Virus record (IMG/VR): IMGVR_UViG_3300022923_001480
Span: 1 to 34,331 of that record
Strand: one strand, 5' to 3'
DNA from: a virus
Lineage: Duplodnaviria > Caudoviricetes
DNA: 34,331 bases
Shown: positions 1-8,752 of the stretch, piece after piece
Numbering within the stretch: position 1 is the stretch's first letter
Layout: each line of letters opens with the position of its first letter
Made by a program: the position numbers and the translations under genes
Notes under the pieces: model-generated
Told to the model about the DNA's origin: nothing
Databases searched by the model: none
The model's input: the letters and a program-made list of their open reading frames with translations, nothing else

Positions 1-47
1 ACTAGACTTTGCCAACGTAATGCTCTTTCTATTTCTTTATTGTCCAT
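1..47 (-). CDS. 5' end of a gene running off the window edge (MDNKEIERALRWQSLV...)
   Basis: ATG at 47-45 overlaps the end of the 37..1353 gene, and the frame stays open to the window edge. Product cannot be determined. Confidence 0.55.
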   Translation of the reverse strand, partial: MDNKEIERALRWQSL

Positions 48-1353
48 CTATACTTTCCGCTAACTCTGGAAATGTTTCTCTCCAGTCAGTCCCTCTTGTT
101 TTATCACAACTGTCTAAATATTCTACCAATGCAGGTAATTTATGACTCCAATCTTCTGCGTACATAAATTTAATTATACCTTCCCAACGCTGTCTGCCCA
201 TAGGATGATCATTGAAGTACTTGTCATTTGAATGCCTAATTAGAAAGTCTTCGATATTTCTACGCACCTTGTTTTTAATTTCTATAGGCAATACTTTAAT
301 ATTCATATAACTTGGTAGATATACAAAATGTGTATTAATAAAAGGTGCAGCCATATGTGTTCTTTTATTATTAATTTGATTTGCTTGTATTGACCATTCT
401 ACAAAATTTGTTAAGTCAAGTGCATTAAGTGCTTGTACAGCACAAGCAATATTAACTTGATGATTTTTATCTAGTTCTTGTGTAATGTAATAGAATGCAT
501 CAAGTTGATCGCTCCATACACTTGGATGTCTTATGTAATTGTTTACACGTTCAGTTCCATCCATACTAAAATTTACAACAACTTCTTTAAACTGATTCCA
601 ATAGTTAACAGCCTTTCTCATACTAGGAGGGTGTCCATTGGTGTTATATCTTAACTTAATATTTTTTGCGTGACCATCTGCTATTAGCTCTTGTAATATT
701 TTCCAATGCTCGGGAATCATTAATGGCTCACCGCCAGCAAAATATAACTGCTGAATGTTATGACTTTGCTGCATCATACTTTCAATAAAACTTCCCTTCT
801 TGTACCAAGTGTAATCAAAGTTTTGATCCCAATCTTGATCACTTGCTAGAATAGGATTTTTGTAATTAGGTTGTTGACTTCTCCAATCCTTAATCCAACT
901 TGAACTATCGTGCGGCGAACACATTACACATTTTAGGTTACATACATTTCCTAAGCGTAAATCAAAGTAAGGAATATCAACCTCCAAACTACCATCTTCT
1001 TGTGTTTTATCTACAAGGTTTTTCATATCAATTTTTCCTTCCCATTCACGTGTTTCCCATTGACGTTTGCTCACTACACCTTTACTTTCTTCATCAAAGC
1101 ATTTTGTGCAACTTACAGGTACTTCACCATTTAACATTTGCAGTCTTGTGTTACGCATATGTTCACTATTCCATACTTCTTCAATAGTATGGTCTCTCAA
1201 GTTCATAGCAATACCGTCTTTCTTTACAAGTCCTGCAGTCTTATTATCTTCCGGGCCAGCACCACTTGCATTTGCTGTACAGCAAACTCTCACATCACCA
1301 TTAGGCCTAGTCGCCATATGTATCCAAGGTAGCGGGCAAAACGTTTTACTCAT
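37..1353 (-). CDS. Radical SAM protein with N-terminal SPASM/twitch-like auxiliary Fe-S domain
   Basis: CNLKCVMC (CxxxCxxC), FAGGEPL and YNTNG motifs. N-terminal CPLPW...GDVRVCC...IEEVWNS...CTKC pattern. Confidence 0.9.
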   Translation of the reverse strand: MSKTFCPLPWIHMATRPNGDVRVCCTANASGAGPEDNKTAGLVKKDGIAMNLRDHTIEEVWNSEHMRNTRLQMLNGEVPVSCTKCFDEESKGVVSKRQWETREWEGKIDMKNLVDKTQEDGSLEVDIPYFDLRLGNVCNLKCVMCSPHDSSSWIKDWRSQQPNYKNPILASDQDWDQNFDYTWYKKGSFIESMMQQSHNIQQLYFAGGEPLMIPEHWKILQELIADGHAKNIKLRYNTNGHPPSMRKAVNYWNQFKEVVVNFSMDGTERVNNYIRHPSVWSDQLDAFYYITQELDKNHQVNIACAVQALNALDLTNFVEWSIQANQINNKRTHMAAPFINTHFVYLPSYMNIKVLPIEIKNKVRRNIEDFLIRHSNDKYFNDHPMGRQRWEGIIKFMYAEDWSHKLPALVEYLDSCDKTRGTDWRETFPELAESIDGQ

Positions 1354-2344
1354 TTGGTATCCCTACAAACTGTTTATTTAATTTATCAAAGTTGCCGCAC
1401 TGCCTTGTACATTCTTTCAAACCTGTAGTTGACCAGCAACTTGATATTTTGCTAAAAAAGCCACTTGCAAATATATCGCTAAGACTTTTATTATTTAGAT
1501 TAGGATATTCTTTAACTTTGCTCATATAATCTATACGAGAAAAACTATGCTGCGGCACCCATTCTAAATCTAACCAACAGCAAGGACTTACACCGCCGTT
1601 AGCAGCAACATATATTTGGTTATATTTTTGTGCTTTACAAGTGATGTTAGGTAACACATCTTGTTTTGCTTTTTCAACTCCTGCACTGTTTTTATCACTA
1701 TGCGTAGTTGGATACAAAGTATGTGTTATATTGTAATTATCATCTATAACATCTAGTTTACCGTCTCTGAATCTACTTGTGTGTTTTTGATAGAAATGTG
1801 TAAAGCCTAATTCTTTTGACATCTGTTCACATTTACTAACTTGGTGTTCATTATGTTTGAACACTAACATATCCCAACGAGCATCTCCACCTGCTTGTAT
1901 AAATGCTGTTGCATTTTTTATTATTTTGTTAAAGTCTGTGTTTACTCTATAAAGAGAGTGAGTGTCTTCTAAACCATCTATACCAAACACAACTTGCACA
2001 TTCAAACTTGCTAATTCTTTCCACCAATCTATAGACCTTGCACTGCCGTTAGTATGCATTTGTAAATGCATTATAGGATTGGTTTCTCTAAGATATCTGT
2101 ATATTTCTAAAGTGTCTGTTGCAATTATAGGATCTCCTAAATTACCACACATATTCAATTCATCTAACTGTTTTACAAAGTCTCTTGGAAACCAATTAAC
2201 AAAAGTGCCTAAATCTATTTCTTCAAGATATAAAGTATCAAGGAGCGGTCCGCCTTGTATTCTGCGAGGACACATAGGGCACTTTGCTTGACACTTAGAT
2301 GTCACTTCAAGGTGAACTGATTTGATTTGATCTATGTTATACAT
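1346..2344 (-). CDS. Radical SAM protein with C-terminal SPASM/twitch-like domain
   Basis: CQAKCPMC, CGNLGDP, MHTNGS and FGIDG motifs. C-terminal C...GGVSPCCW...CTRQC. Confidence 0.9.
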   Translation of the reverse strand: MYNIDQIKSVHLEVTSKCQAKCPMCPRRIQGGPLLDTLYLEEIDLGTFVNWFPRDFVKQLDELNMCGNLGDPIIATDTLEIYRYLRETNPIMHLQMHTNGSARSIDWWKELASLNVQVVFGIDGLEDTHSLYRVNTDFNKIIKNATAFIQAGGDARWDMLVFKHNEHQVSKCEQMSKELGFTHFYQKHTSRFRDGKLDVIDDNYNITHTLYPTTHSDKNSAGVEKAKQDVLPNITCKAQKYNQIYVAANGGVSPCCWLDLEWVPQHSFSRIDYMSKVKEYPNLNNKSLSDIFASGFFSKISSCWSTTGLKECTRQCGNFDKLNKQFVGIPNE

Positions 2345-2949
2345 TACTTGTGTCCAATAAGCATAAATCTTATATACTTTTGTAATTGTAACTCATCCTC
2401 AACCATATATGAAGATAAGCCACTGCTTTTTTTAAATGCTGCTAAAGATGATACACAATTTACGTGTTCATCTAGTTCTTTATAATCATTACTTTGTAGT
2501 ACTATTTTACAATCTTTAGGAACATTTTGCAACCATTTTTTATATTGTGCTTTGGTCAGATGTTCACAACTTGTATTAATAACTATGTCAGGTTTTTTGT
2601 CGTAATGGAAGTTACACATATCTTCTGTAACAGCAACAAACTTGCCTTCCATTTCTTGTCGCTTATTCATTGTTCTTGCTATTTCTTCGCAAACAGGATC
2701 AATATCTACACTTGTAATATGTTTTATTCCTATTTCACTGTTAAACAACATACTAGCAAGTACACCATTCCATCCACCAAAAATAATAACTGATGCATTT
2801 GCAATACGTGATTTTCTTTCAAGAGATTCTATTAACCAAGTTTTGGATTGAAGTTGTCCTCCCCAAAAACTTTCAAGTGTTCGACTTCTGTCATCGCTGT
2901 TGCGAATAGCATCCATCCAAAATTTTATATCTTGTATATCTATTTTCAT
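2344..2949 (-). CDS. Class I SAM-dependent methyltransferase-like protein
   Basis: VIIFGGWNG glycine loop, ITSVDID acidic motif II, DIVINTSCEH. Translationally coupled to both neighbours. Confidence 0.75.
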   Translation of the reverse strand: MKIDIQDIKFWMDAIRNSDDRSRTLESFWGGQLQSKTWLIESLERKSRIANASVIIFGGWNGVLASMLFNSEIGIKHITSVDIDPVCEEIARTMNKRQEMEGKFVAVTEDMCNFHYDKKPDIVINTSCEHLTKAQYKKWLQNVPKDCKIVLQSNDYKELDEHVNCVSSLAAFKKSSGLSSYMVEDELQLQKYIRFMLIGHK

Positions 2950-3926
2950 CTTGATTTTGGTATTTTACTGTCTGCAGAACTTACACAGGTGCTAGTAATG
3001 CATTTAGATGGTGCTTTAAACAGCGTAAAACCGTCTGTAAGCGTGCCTAAAGGCTCTTCCGCACAACTATATGCTCTCTTAACTTCCACCCCCCTTATAA
3101 CGCAACTTTGATACCCTGCTGCGCAATTCCAATCTTTAAACTTATTGAAGTCAAATGCGTTCATTCTTTCTGCTTGATCCAATCCGTAATCGTTACCTTT
3201 GTGATCTTCAAAATACATTTGCATAACTTGTTCACCTTTTATGTGTTGTGGAAATTGTTCTTGCATCATTAAGTGTTGTTTCACAGTATATCCATCTACA
3301 ATAAAACTAGCAGTTGGATCGCTTTGTGGTTTAAGTGTTACATTAATACCCCTTTCTGAAAATCGTTTGCACCTTTCATAATACTCGTCAAAATGGTGAG
3401 GAACCATTACTTGATTGATTGTAACTAATACACCGTCAGCCATAAGTTGTAAACATTTGTCTCCAAACTCTTGCTCCTTTGCAAACTCAGAATGGAAACT
3501 AGCAGTAATACTTCTGCGTTGTAATTTACTCGTTGCTTCTAGCCATCTGTTCCACCATTTGCTACCTGGAGATAGATTAGTGGTCATATGTATACTTTGG
3601 TAAGGTGCTTCTGTATCACTACAGTAATGCTCTATAAGCTCTCCAAAGTGTTTGTACGCTGTTGGCTCGCCTCCACTAAAACTAAAATGGAATTCAGTAA
3701 ATCCATTATCTCTTGCCTGGCGTTTAATTTCATCTATCGTATTTTTGTAGACATCTAGTTCTTGATGATCTGGTTTATCCGTTCTTGCATATGGCCAACA
3801 GTAACTACAACTGTAATTGCAAAAGCGACCAAGTATCCAACTAACATTGAATAAAGGTTGATCTAGCATAGTTTTTTGGCCGAACTTTACAATGTTTTGG
3901 AACGGAATAAGAGTAAAATCATTCAT
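2946..3926 (-). CDS. Radical SAM protein with C-terminal twitch-like Cys cluster
   Basis: CNYSCSYC, FSGGEPT, MTTN, ASFH and several C-terminal Cys. Start placed at ATG 3926 because the upstream ATG at 3935 overlaps the TAAATA box. Confidence 0.88.
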   Translation of the reverse strand: MNDFTLIPFQNIVKFGQKTMLDQPLFNVSWILGRFCNYSCSYCWPYARTDKPDHQELDVYKNTIDEIKRQARDNGFTEFHFSFSGGEPTAYKHFGELIEHYCSDTEAPYQSIHMTTNLSPGSKWWNRWLEATSKLQRRSITASFHSEFAKEQEFGDKCLQLMADGVLVTINQVMVPHHFDEYYERCKRFSERGINVTLKPQSDPTASFIVDGYTVKQHLMMQEQFPQHIKGEQVMQMYFEDHKGNDYGLDQAERMNAFDFNKFKDWNCAAGYQSCVIRGVEVKRAYSCAEEPLGTLTDGFTLFKAPSKCITSTCVSSADSKIPKSR

Positions 3927-3934
3927 TATAAACA

Positions 3935-3940
3935 TATTTA
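3935..3940 (-). promoter_or_regulatory. TAAATA late-promoter-like box for the radical SAM operon
   Basis: TATTTA on the + strand, 8 nt upstream of ATG 3926. Matches the core of the T4 late promoter TATAAATA. Confidence 0.55.
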
Positions 3941-3953
3941 ACCACTTTACATA

Positions 3954-3982
3954 TTGACAAATGCATTCAAGGCTTATATAAT
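3954..3982 (+). promoter_or_regulatory. Sigma70-type early promoter
   Basis: TTGACA (3954-3959), 17 nt spacer, TATAAT (3977-3982): exact consensus in an intergenic gap. Confidence 0.9.
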
Positions 3983-4026
3983 AAAGAACAAATAAGGTTC
4001 ATTTTATTATTAGGAGAACAAATAAT

Positions 4027-4221
4027 ATGTCAAATACAGACGCTATCAAAGCAGCAATGGATGTTTTTCTTGCTGAAGATGAGAAATTTGAAGCAGGTAA
4101 CGGTGCTGCCGGAACCAGAGCAAGAAAGGCCCTACAAGAGATGACTAAGGCTATCAAGGAAAGACGTAAAGAAATCACTGATACAAAAAACTCTCGTAAA
4201 GAGGCAAAACTTAATGGGTGA
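4027..4221 (+). CDS. Histone H1-like (Hc1-family) small basic protein
   Basis: EKFEAGNGAAGTRARKALQEM...KERRKEI resembles the Hc1-like family in large phages. AGGAG SD present. Confidence 0.7.
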   Translation: MSNTDAIKAAMDVFLAEDEKFEAGNGAAGTRARKALQEMTKAIKERRKEITDTKNSRKEAKLNG

Positions 4222-4555
4222 TGATAACACTTTTACTATTACATTAGATAATGATGATATCTACGGTGGGGCCTCTGGCTCTGCCGTAACATCATATGAT
4301 ACCAATTTTACTTTTGATACTTCATCTACTCTTGACAGTGCAACTGATTGGTCTTATAGTACAGACAGCCTTGAAGTCGACAGTGCTATGCGCAAACGAC
4401 TAGAAGCCATTGAATCAAGACTAAACATTTTAGTTCCAGATCCTAAAAAGTTAGAAAAATTTGAAGCACTTAAAAAAGCATACGAACACTACAAACATAT
4501 AGAAAGGTTATGTGAAATTGATGACGAGGACGAAAAAGAAGGTCCAAACTTCTAA
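4214..4555 (+). CDS. Hypothetical phage protein
   Basis: Ser/Thr/Asp-rich N-terminus and helical C-terminus (RLEAIESRLNIL...LKKAYEHYK). Overlaps the upstream stop. Confidence 0.75.
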   Translation: MGDDNTFTITLDNDDIYGGASGSAVTSYDTNFTFDTSSTLDSATDWSYSTDSLEVDSAMRKRLEAIESRLNILVPDPKKLEKFEALKKAYEHYKHIERLCEIDDEDEKEGPNF

Positions 4556-4721
4556 AGATAAAAATAAGTTATTCAGAGATATAATGCGTATAGACTTTCT
4601 CCAAGATGAGATAGAATACGCTACAAAGCAATTACAACCACACGACACAGGCCATATAAATACGGCTATAAGTTGGTTACATCACAGAGTTAGACAGTTA
4701 AAAGGACAAACAGATGACTGA
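4521..4721 (+). CDS. Hypothetical phage protein
   Basis: ORF fills the gap and is coupled to thyX. ATG at 4521 is in frame with the track start at 4512. Confidence 0.65.
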   Translation: MTRTKKKVQTSKDKNKLFRDIMRIDFLQDEIEYATKQLQPHDTGHINTAISWLHHRVRQLKGQTDD

Positions 4722-5376
4722 AGTAAAATTGATTTCCTATAGCACAGCACCACAAGGAGTAGGTTTAGACAACTGTCAAGAACTTATTGCTTATTGTGCT
4801 AGAGTAAGCAATCCAAGCAATCAAATGAACAGTGAGACAAGTGAGAAACTTATCAAGTATCTAATTAAACACGCTCATTGGTCTCCACTTGAAATGGTAA
4901 GTGCTTGTTTAGAAATAAACACAACACGAGATATTGCACATCAAATTGTAAGACATCGTAGTTTTAGTTTCCAAGAGTTTAGCCAACGCTATGCAAATCC
5001 TGCAGAGTTTGGTGAAATGTTTGTAACACGTGAAGCACGTTTACAAGACAAACAAAACAGACAAAATTCAATTGAACTTGATGATGAAAGTGAATTACAT
5101 TATGATTGGGCTTCAAAACAACAAGAAGTAATTGAAAAAGCAAAAGAAGTATATAACTGGGCTATCGACAACGGTATTGCTAAAGAGCAGGCTCGTGTTG
5201 TCTTGCCTGAAGGTAACACAAAAACACGTTTGTATATGAACGGAACACTGCGTTCGTGGATTCATTATATTGAACTACGTGGCGCAAACGGAACACAGAA
5301 AGAGCATATGGATATTGCACACGCCTGTGCTAAAGTCATTGCTGATATTTTTCCACTAGCAACAGATTTAGTCTAA
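4714..5376 (+). CDS. thyX: FAD-dependent thymidylate synthase
   Basis: RHRSFSFQEFSQRY (RHRx7SxR), HWSPLE and AKEQARVVLP. Confidence 0.96.
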   Translation: MTEVKLISYSTAPQGVGLDNCQELIAYCARVSNPSNQMNSETSEKLIKYLIKHAHWSPLEMVSACLEINTTRDIAHQIVRHRSFSFQEFSQRYANPAEFGEMFVTREARLQDKQNRQNSIELDDESELHYDWASKQQEVIEKAKEVYNWAIDNGIAKEQARVVLPEGNTKTRLYMNGTLRSWIHYIELRGANGTQKEHMDIAHACAKVIADIFPLATDLV

Positions 5377-5386
5377 GGAGGCTAAA

Positions 5387-5425
5387 ATGGAATACAGTTT
5401 TTACTTTACTCGTGGTGTGACCTAA
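5387..5425 (+). CDS. 12-aa micro-ORF (MEYSFYFTRGVT)
   Basis: TAAGGAGG SD at 5374-5381, ATG 5387. Its stop overlaps the next start as TAATG. Confidence 0.45.
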   Translation: MEYSFYFTRGVT

Positions 5426-5616
5426 TGAAAAGGTACGGTATAATGGTGTGCATAGACGGGGACGATGATTGGATGTTTGTTACAGAAGATTCTGGAGAAG
5501 CATTTATACGGCAACCTATTTTGTTCGATGACTTTGATGAAGCACTTATTGCTGCTGAAGATTGGATCGAACCAGGAAAGGAAGAAAATGTAATGGTAGT
5601 TGAATACGAAGGATAA
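5425..5616 (+). CDS. Small acidic hypothetical protein
   Basis: 63-aa ORF in operon orientation. Confidence 0.7.
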   Translation: MKRYGIMVCIDGDDDWMFVTEDSGEAFIRQPILFDDFDEALIAAEDWIEPGKEENVMVVEYEG

Positions 5617-5621
5617 TTTTT

Positions 5622-5780
5622 ATGTGGGAACTTTGGTGTAAAGCAATAGGAAGAAAGGCATTTGAAGATGATAAACAAGCAGACAGAGTTGCGGTTATTC
5701 GTACTCTGTGGATTATACTGCACATTGTTACTTGTTTGGCTATTATAGCAGGTAACGGTAGAACATTAGAGCTATGGTAA
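5622..5780 (+). CDS. Small membrane protein, 52 aa (not in ORF track)
   Basis: MWELWCKAIGRKAFEDDKQADRVAVIRTLWIILHIVTCLAIIAGNGRTLELW. One hydrophobic segment; fills the gap. Confidence 0.7.
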   Translation: MWELWCKAIGRKAFEDDKQADRVAVIRTLWIILHIVTCLAIIAGNGRTLELW

Positions 5781-5823
5781 TATCTGTTTTGAATCTAAAT
5801 TGCTCGGAAAAAAGTAATTTCTC

Positions 5824-5852
5824 TTGACAAAGGATATATATCATCATATAAT
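5824..5852 (+). promoter_or_regulatory. Sigma70-type early promoter
   Basis: TTGACA (5824-5829), 17 nt spacer, TATAAT (5847-5852). Confidence 0.9.
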
Positions 5853-5881
5853 CTAATTTTTGTTGAAGGAGCAAACTGACA

Positions 5882-7174
5882 TTGGCTGGTAAAAGAAAAA
5901 CAATAAGAAGCGCACCTAGGTTGCGTAAAGGCGCCAAACTAACAGAGCCATCTTGGGATGGTTGGGAACAGTTATCTGGCGAAGAGTTTCATCGTAAGAA
6001 ACAAGGTTCACACCAATGGTACTATGCTAACTTTGCAAGTAAAGACCTTATGCCAGCAGTTTGGATCTGGATGGAAGCCAATGGATACACTAAAGATGAT
6101 ATTAAAAAAGCAAAAGCAGCAGCAGATAGCACAGTAAGCACAACCGCTGCAATTACTTGCAAAATGCTTAACAATGGTATGCCTGATTTTTACAAGCCAG
6201 CAGCAGAATATTGGGATAGTCTACCAGGAACTTCTGGAGAACTTAGACCTGTTACAGAATTTGTAAAGAAAAGAATCGCCGAAGCACTGAACGAAGGTAA
6301 AGATAAAACTGAACAAAAAGAAAAAGAAGATGCAGCAGCGGCAGCAAAAGAAGAAAACAAAAAACTAAGTCAGCCAAGTATCCAAGATAGAATTAGACAA
6401 GCATCATATCTTATGTGTGAGTTTATTGAAGCAGCACACGACGATTACTTAGACGGAAAAATAACAGACTTTAAAGATATCAAGCCTGCAACAAGACTTA
6501 GACAAATGGAGTGTAAGCAGCCACACGCTAGAATGATTAAGGCTTCATATGATGGACAAATTAAGGAATATGAAGAATTACTTAATCCTAAAAAACTAGG
6601 AAAAGATGCTACAGAATTAGAAAAGGACTATGCACAACAACTTAAAGAAGGGTATGCGCATCTTAAGAAAACAGATATTAAGAAACTGTATGCTTTTTAT
6701 ATTGCAGTGCAAGGCGCTTGTGATGCTATTATTGCTGAATCAAAAGCAAATAGAAAGCCACGTAAAATTGCTAGAAAATCACCAGAGCAACTTGTAGCAA
6801 AAATGAAGTATAAAGTTTCAGACGACAAGTATAGCATTTCAAGTATTCCTGCTTGGAAACTAGTAGGTGCAACGTGCTTGGTTGTGTTTAATGGTAAAAC
6901 TCGTAAACTGGGAATATACTACACAAGCAATGAAGATCCATTAGGCGGTATGCGTGATGGTACAGGACTAGACATTAAAGGAACAACATTACAGCGTTTT
7001 GATGATGATAAAAGCGTTGCTTGTACACTGCGAAAACCCGTAGAACAACTACGTGAAGTAAAATCGCTAAATACACGTAAGAAGTTCGAGAATTGGTTTG
7101 CAAAACTTACAACAACACCAATTAAAATGAACGGTCGTATAAACGCTGAAACTGTATTAATAGCAGCATATTAA
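5882..7174 (+). CDS. Hypothetical phage protein, 430 aa, Lys-rich
   Basis: TTG start after AAGGAG. Long ORF with its own promoter; no function recognised. Confidence 0.85.
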   Translation: MAGKRKTIRSAPRLRKGAKLTEPSWDGWEQLSGEEFHRKKQGSHQWYYANFASKDLMPAVWIWMEANGYTKDDIKKAKAAADSTVSTTAAITCKMLNNGMPDFYKPAAEYWDSLPGTSGELRPVTEFVKKRIAEALNEGKDKTEQKEKEDAAAAAKEENKKLSQPSIQDRIRQASYLMCEFIEAAHDDYLDGKITDFKDIKPATRLRQMECKQPHARMIKASYDGQIKEYEELLNPKKLGKDATELEKDYAQQLKEGYAHLKKTDIKKLYAFYIAVQGACDAIIAESKANRKPRKIARKSPEQLVAKMKYKVSDDKYSISSIPAWKLVGATCLVVFNGKTRKLGIYYTSNEDPLGGMRDGTGLDIKGTTLQRFDDDKSVACTLRKPVEQLREVKSLNTRKKFENWFAKLTTTPIKMNGRINAETVLIAAY

Positions 7175-7196
7175 GCGTTTTGTAAAGACGCTTTAT
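7173..7196 (+). terminator. Possible intrinsic terminator or hairpin
   Basis: AAGCGTTT-TGTAA-AGACGCTT (8 bp with one G-U) at the stop codon. The U-tract is weak. Confidence 0.4.
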
Positions 7197-7207
7197 AGAT
7201 AAAGAGA

Positions 7208-7214
7208 ATAAATA
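7208..7214 (+). promoter_or_regulatory. ATAAATA late-promoter-like box
   Basis: Lies 5 nt before ATG 7220 of a structural-type gene. Confidence 0.65.
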
Positions 7215-7219
7215 CTATT

Positions 7220-8053
7220 ATGAACAGTACAGCAGTTGAAAAAGCACTACAAGATCTTACACTAGCACTTACCGAAGACGGCTCAATTACAGCAAATTCG
7301 TCGGTTAGTTTTAGTGGGAACATTTATGATAAAGGGTTCTACTGGGCGGGTAGAGACTATACTAAAAAATTCGTTATGGTTGCTGATGAAGATAGACTTT
7401 TTTCATCAGAAACAATTGATATTGGCCGCGGCAAACATCTTGCTATTAACGGCAACGCAGTCCTTGCTGAACAAGAACTAGGCAGAAGCGTTACAAAAAG
7501 TAATTTACGTGAAGTAGGTAGACTAAAAGGTCTTATTGTTGATGGTAGCGTAAGCATTAATCAATACGTTTACTTTGATGCAAACAGTGATAGACTAGGT
7601 GTTGGTACTGAAGAACCTAATGCAGCACTTTCAGTTGCAGAAGATGGTATTGAAGTGATGGTTGGTACTGAAGACTTTGTAAAAGGTTTTGTTGGTACAT
7701 TTGCAAGTCACGATTTAGAATTTAAAACAGATAACACAACTAGAGTAGCAATTAAAGCAGGCGGCGATATTGCACTAGGTAACAGCAATGCTGCACCTAT
7801 AAAAGTTTCAGTCAACGGCAAACTTGCTATTGGTGTTAATAATCCAGATAGTGATGTAGACTTACACGTAAGAGGTGCTATCAAGTTTAACAATAAAAAA
7901 CATTTAGCCGGTACTGCTCCTCCAACAGGTGGACAATTCAATCAAGGTGATATTGTATGGAACGATGCTCCACAACAAAGAGGACACATTGGTTGGGTAT
8001 GTATTAGAGCCGGCAATCCTGGTAACTGGGCACCATTCGGCGACATTAGGTAG
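7220..8053 (+). CDS. Putative virion structural or fibre-like protein
   Basis: LGVGTEEP and LAIGVNNP fibre-type repeats. C-terminal GDIVWN..P..GWVC..AGNPGNW motif seen in phage tail proteins. Confidence 0.6.
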   Translation: MNSTAVEKALQDLTLALTEDGSITANSSVSFSGNIYDKGFYWAGRDYTKKFVMVADEDRLFSSETIDIGRGKHLAINGNAVLAEQELGRSVTKSNLREVGRLKGLIVDGSVSINQYVYFDANSDRLGVGTEEPNAALSVAEDGIEVMVGTEDFVKGFVGTFASHDLEFKTDNTTRVAIKAGGDIALGNSNAAPIKVSVNGKLAIGVNNPDSDVDLHVRGAIKFNNKKHLAGTAPPTGGQFNQGDIVWNDAPQQRGHIGWVCIRAGNPGNWAPFGDIR

Positions 8054-8058
8054 TAACT

Positions 8059-8664
8059 GTGATTGCCTATTGCATAGGTAATGGTGAAAGCCGAAGATTC
8101 TTAAACCTTCCTAAACTAACAGAAAATAAAACAGTAGTAGGTTGTAATGCATTACACAGAGATCTCGCTGTAGATCATTTAATATGCTGCGACAGACGTA
8201 TGGTAGATGAAGCAATACAAAGTGATAACACTGCTAACACTAAAATTTATGTTAGAGATATGTGGTTCAAGTATTTTAGAAAGATTAAAAAAGACAAAAG
8301 AATAAATCATTTACCAGACTTACCTTACAAAGGTGAAAAGAAAATAGATCAACCTTTACATTGGGGCAGTGGAACTTATGCACTTTTAGTTGCAGCAAGT
8401 TTGCCAGACATTACCGAGGTAAGAATAATTGGTTTTGACCTATACGATAAAAATAGTAAGGTGAATAACATTTACAAAAACACAATGCACTATGCTAAAA
8501 AGGATGATAAACCTGTAGACTTTAGTTATTGGGTGTACCAAGCACAAAAAGTTTTTGTTCACAATCCGCAGATAGAATTTAATATCATAAATGCAAAAGA
8601 TTGGCAAACTCCAACACAATGGAAACTGCCCAATGTGTCAAGTCAGCTCTTGACAACTGCCTAA
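8059..8664 (+). CDS. Maf/GT42-like nucleotide-sugar transferase fold protein
   Basis: IGNGESR, VGCNA, DHLICCD, WGSG and IIGFD motif series typical of Maf/Cst/MptE-like Rossmann proteins. GTG start. Confidence 0.55.
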   Translation: MIAYCIGNGESRRFLNLPKLTENKTVVGCNALHRDLAVDHLICCDRRMVDEAIQSDNTANTKIYVRDMWFKYFRKIKKDKRINHLPDLPYKGEKKIDQPLHWGSGTYALLVAASLPDITEVRIIGFDLYDKNSKVNNIYKNTMHYAKKDDKPVDFSYWVYQAQKVFVHNPQIEFNIINAKDWQTPTQWKLPNVSSQLLTTA

Positions 8665-8678
8665 ATAGATCGTATAAT
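8650..8678 (+). promoter_or_regulatory. Sigma70-type promoter with embedded TAAATA box
   Basis: TTGACA (8650-8655), 17 nt spacer, TATAAT (8673-8678). TAAATA lies at 8662-8667 inside the spacer. Confidence 0.88.
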
Positions 8679-8694
8679 TAATTTTATGTTTAAC

Positions 8695-8746
8695 AAGGAC
8701 TTGGCGTCAACCCTTCTAATTCTGCCGCCATTATTTAAAACAGGAG
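8695..8746 (+). ncRNA. Candidate cis-regulatory pseudoknot RNA in the queD-like leader
   Basis: AAGG(8695-98)/CCTT(8712-15) and TGGCG(8702-06)/CGCCA(8726-30) are interleaved. GC-rich island in an AT-rich UTR. Confidence 0.45.
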
Positions 8747-8752
8747 AAAATA

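Noticed and set aside
900-3603. Plus-strand ORFs overlapping the radical SAM cluster
   Set aside because: Antisense shadows of well-supported minus-strand genes, with no motifs or SD.
5406-5937. Minus-strand ORFs 5406..5723 and 5743..5937
   Set aside because: They overlap better-supported plus-strand small genes and a consensus promoter.
8695-8746. Canonical preQ1-I riboswitch call
   Set aside because: The topology is similar, but the A-rich 3' tail and loop consensus are missing. Kept only as a novel candidate.
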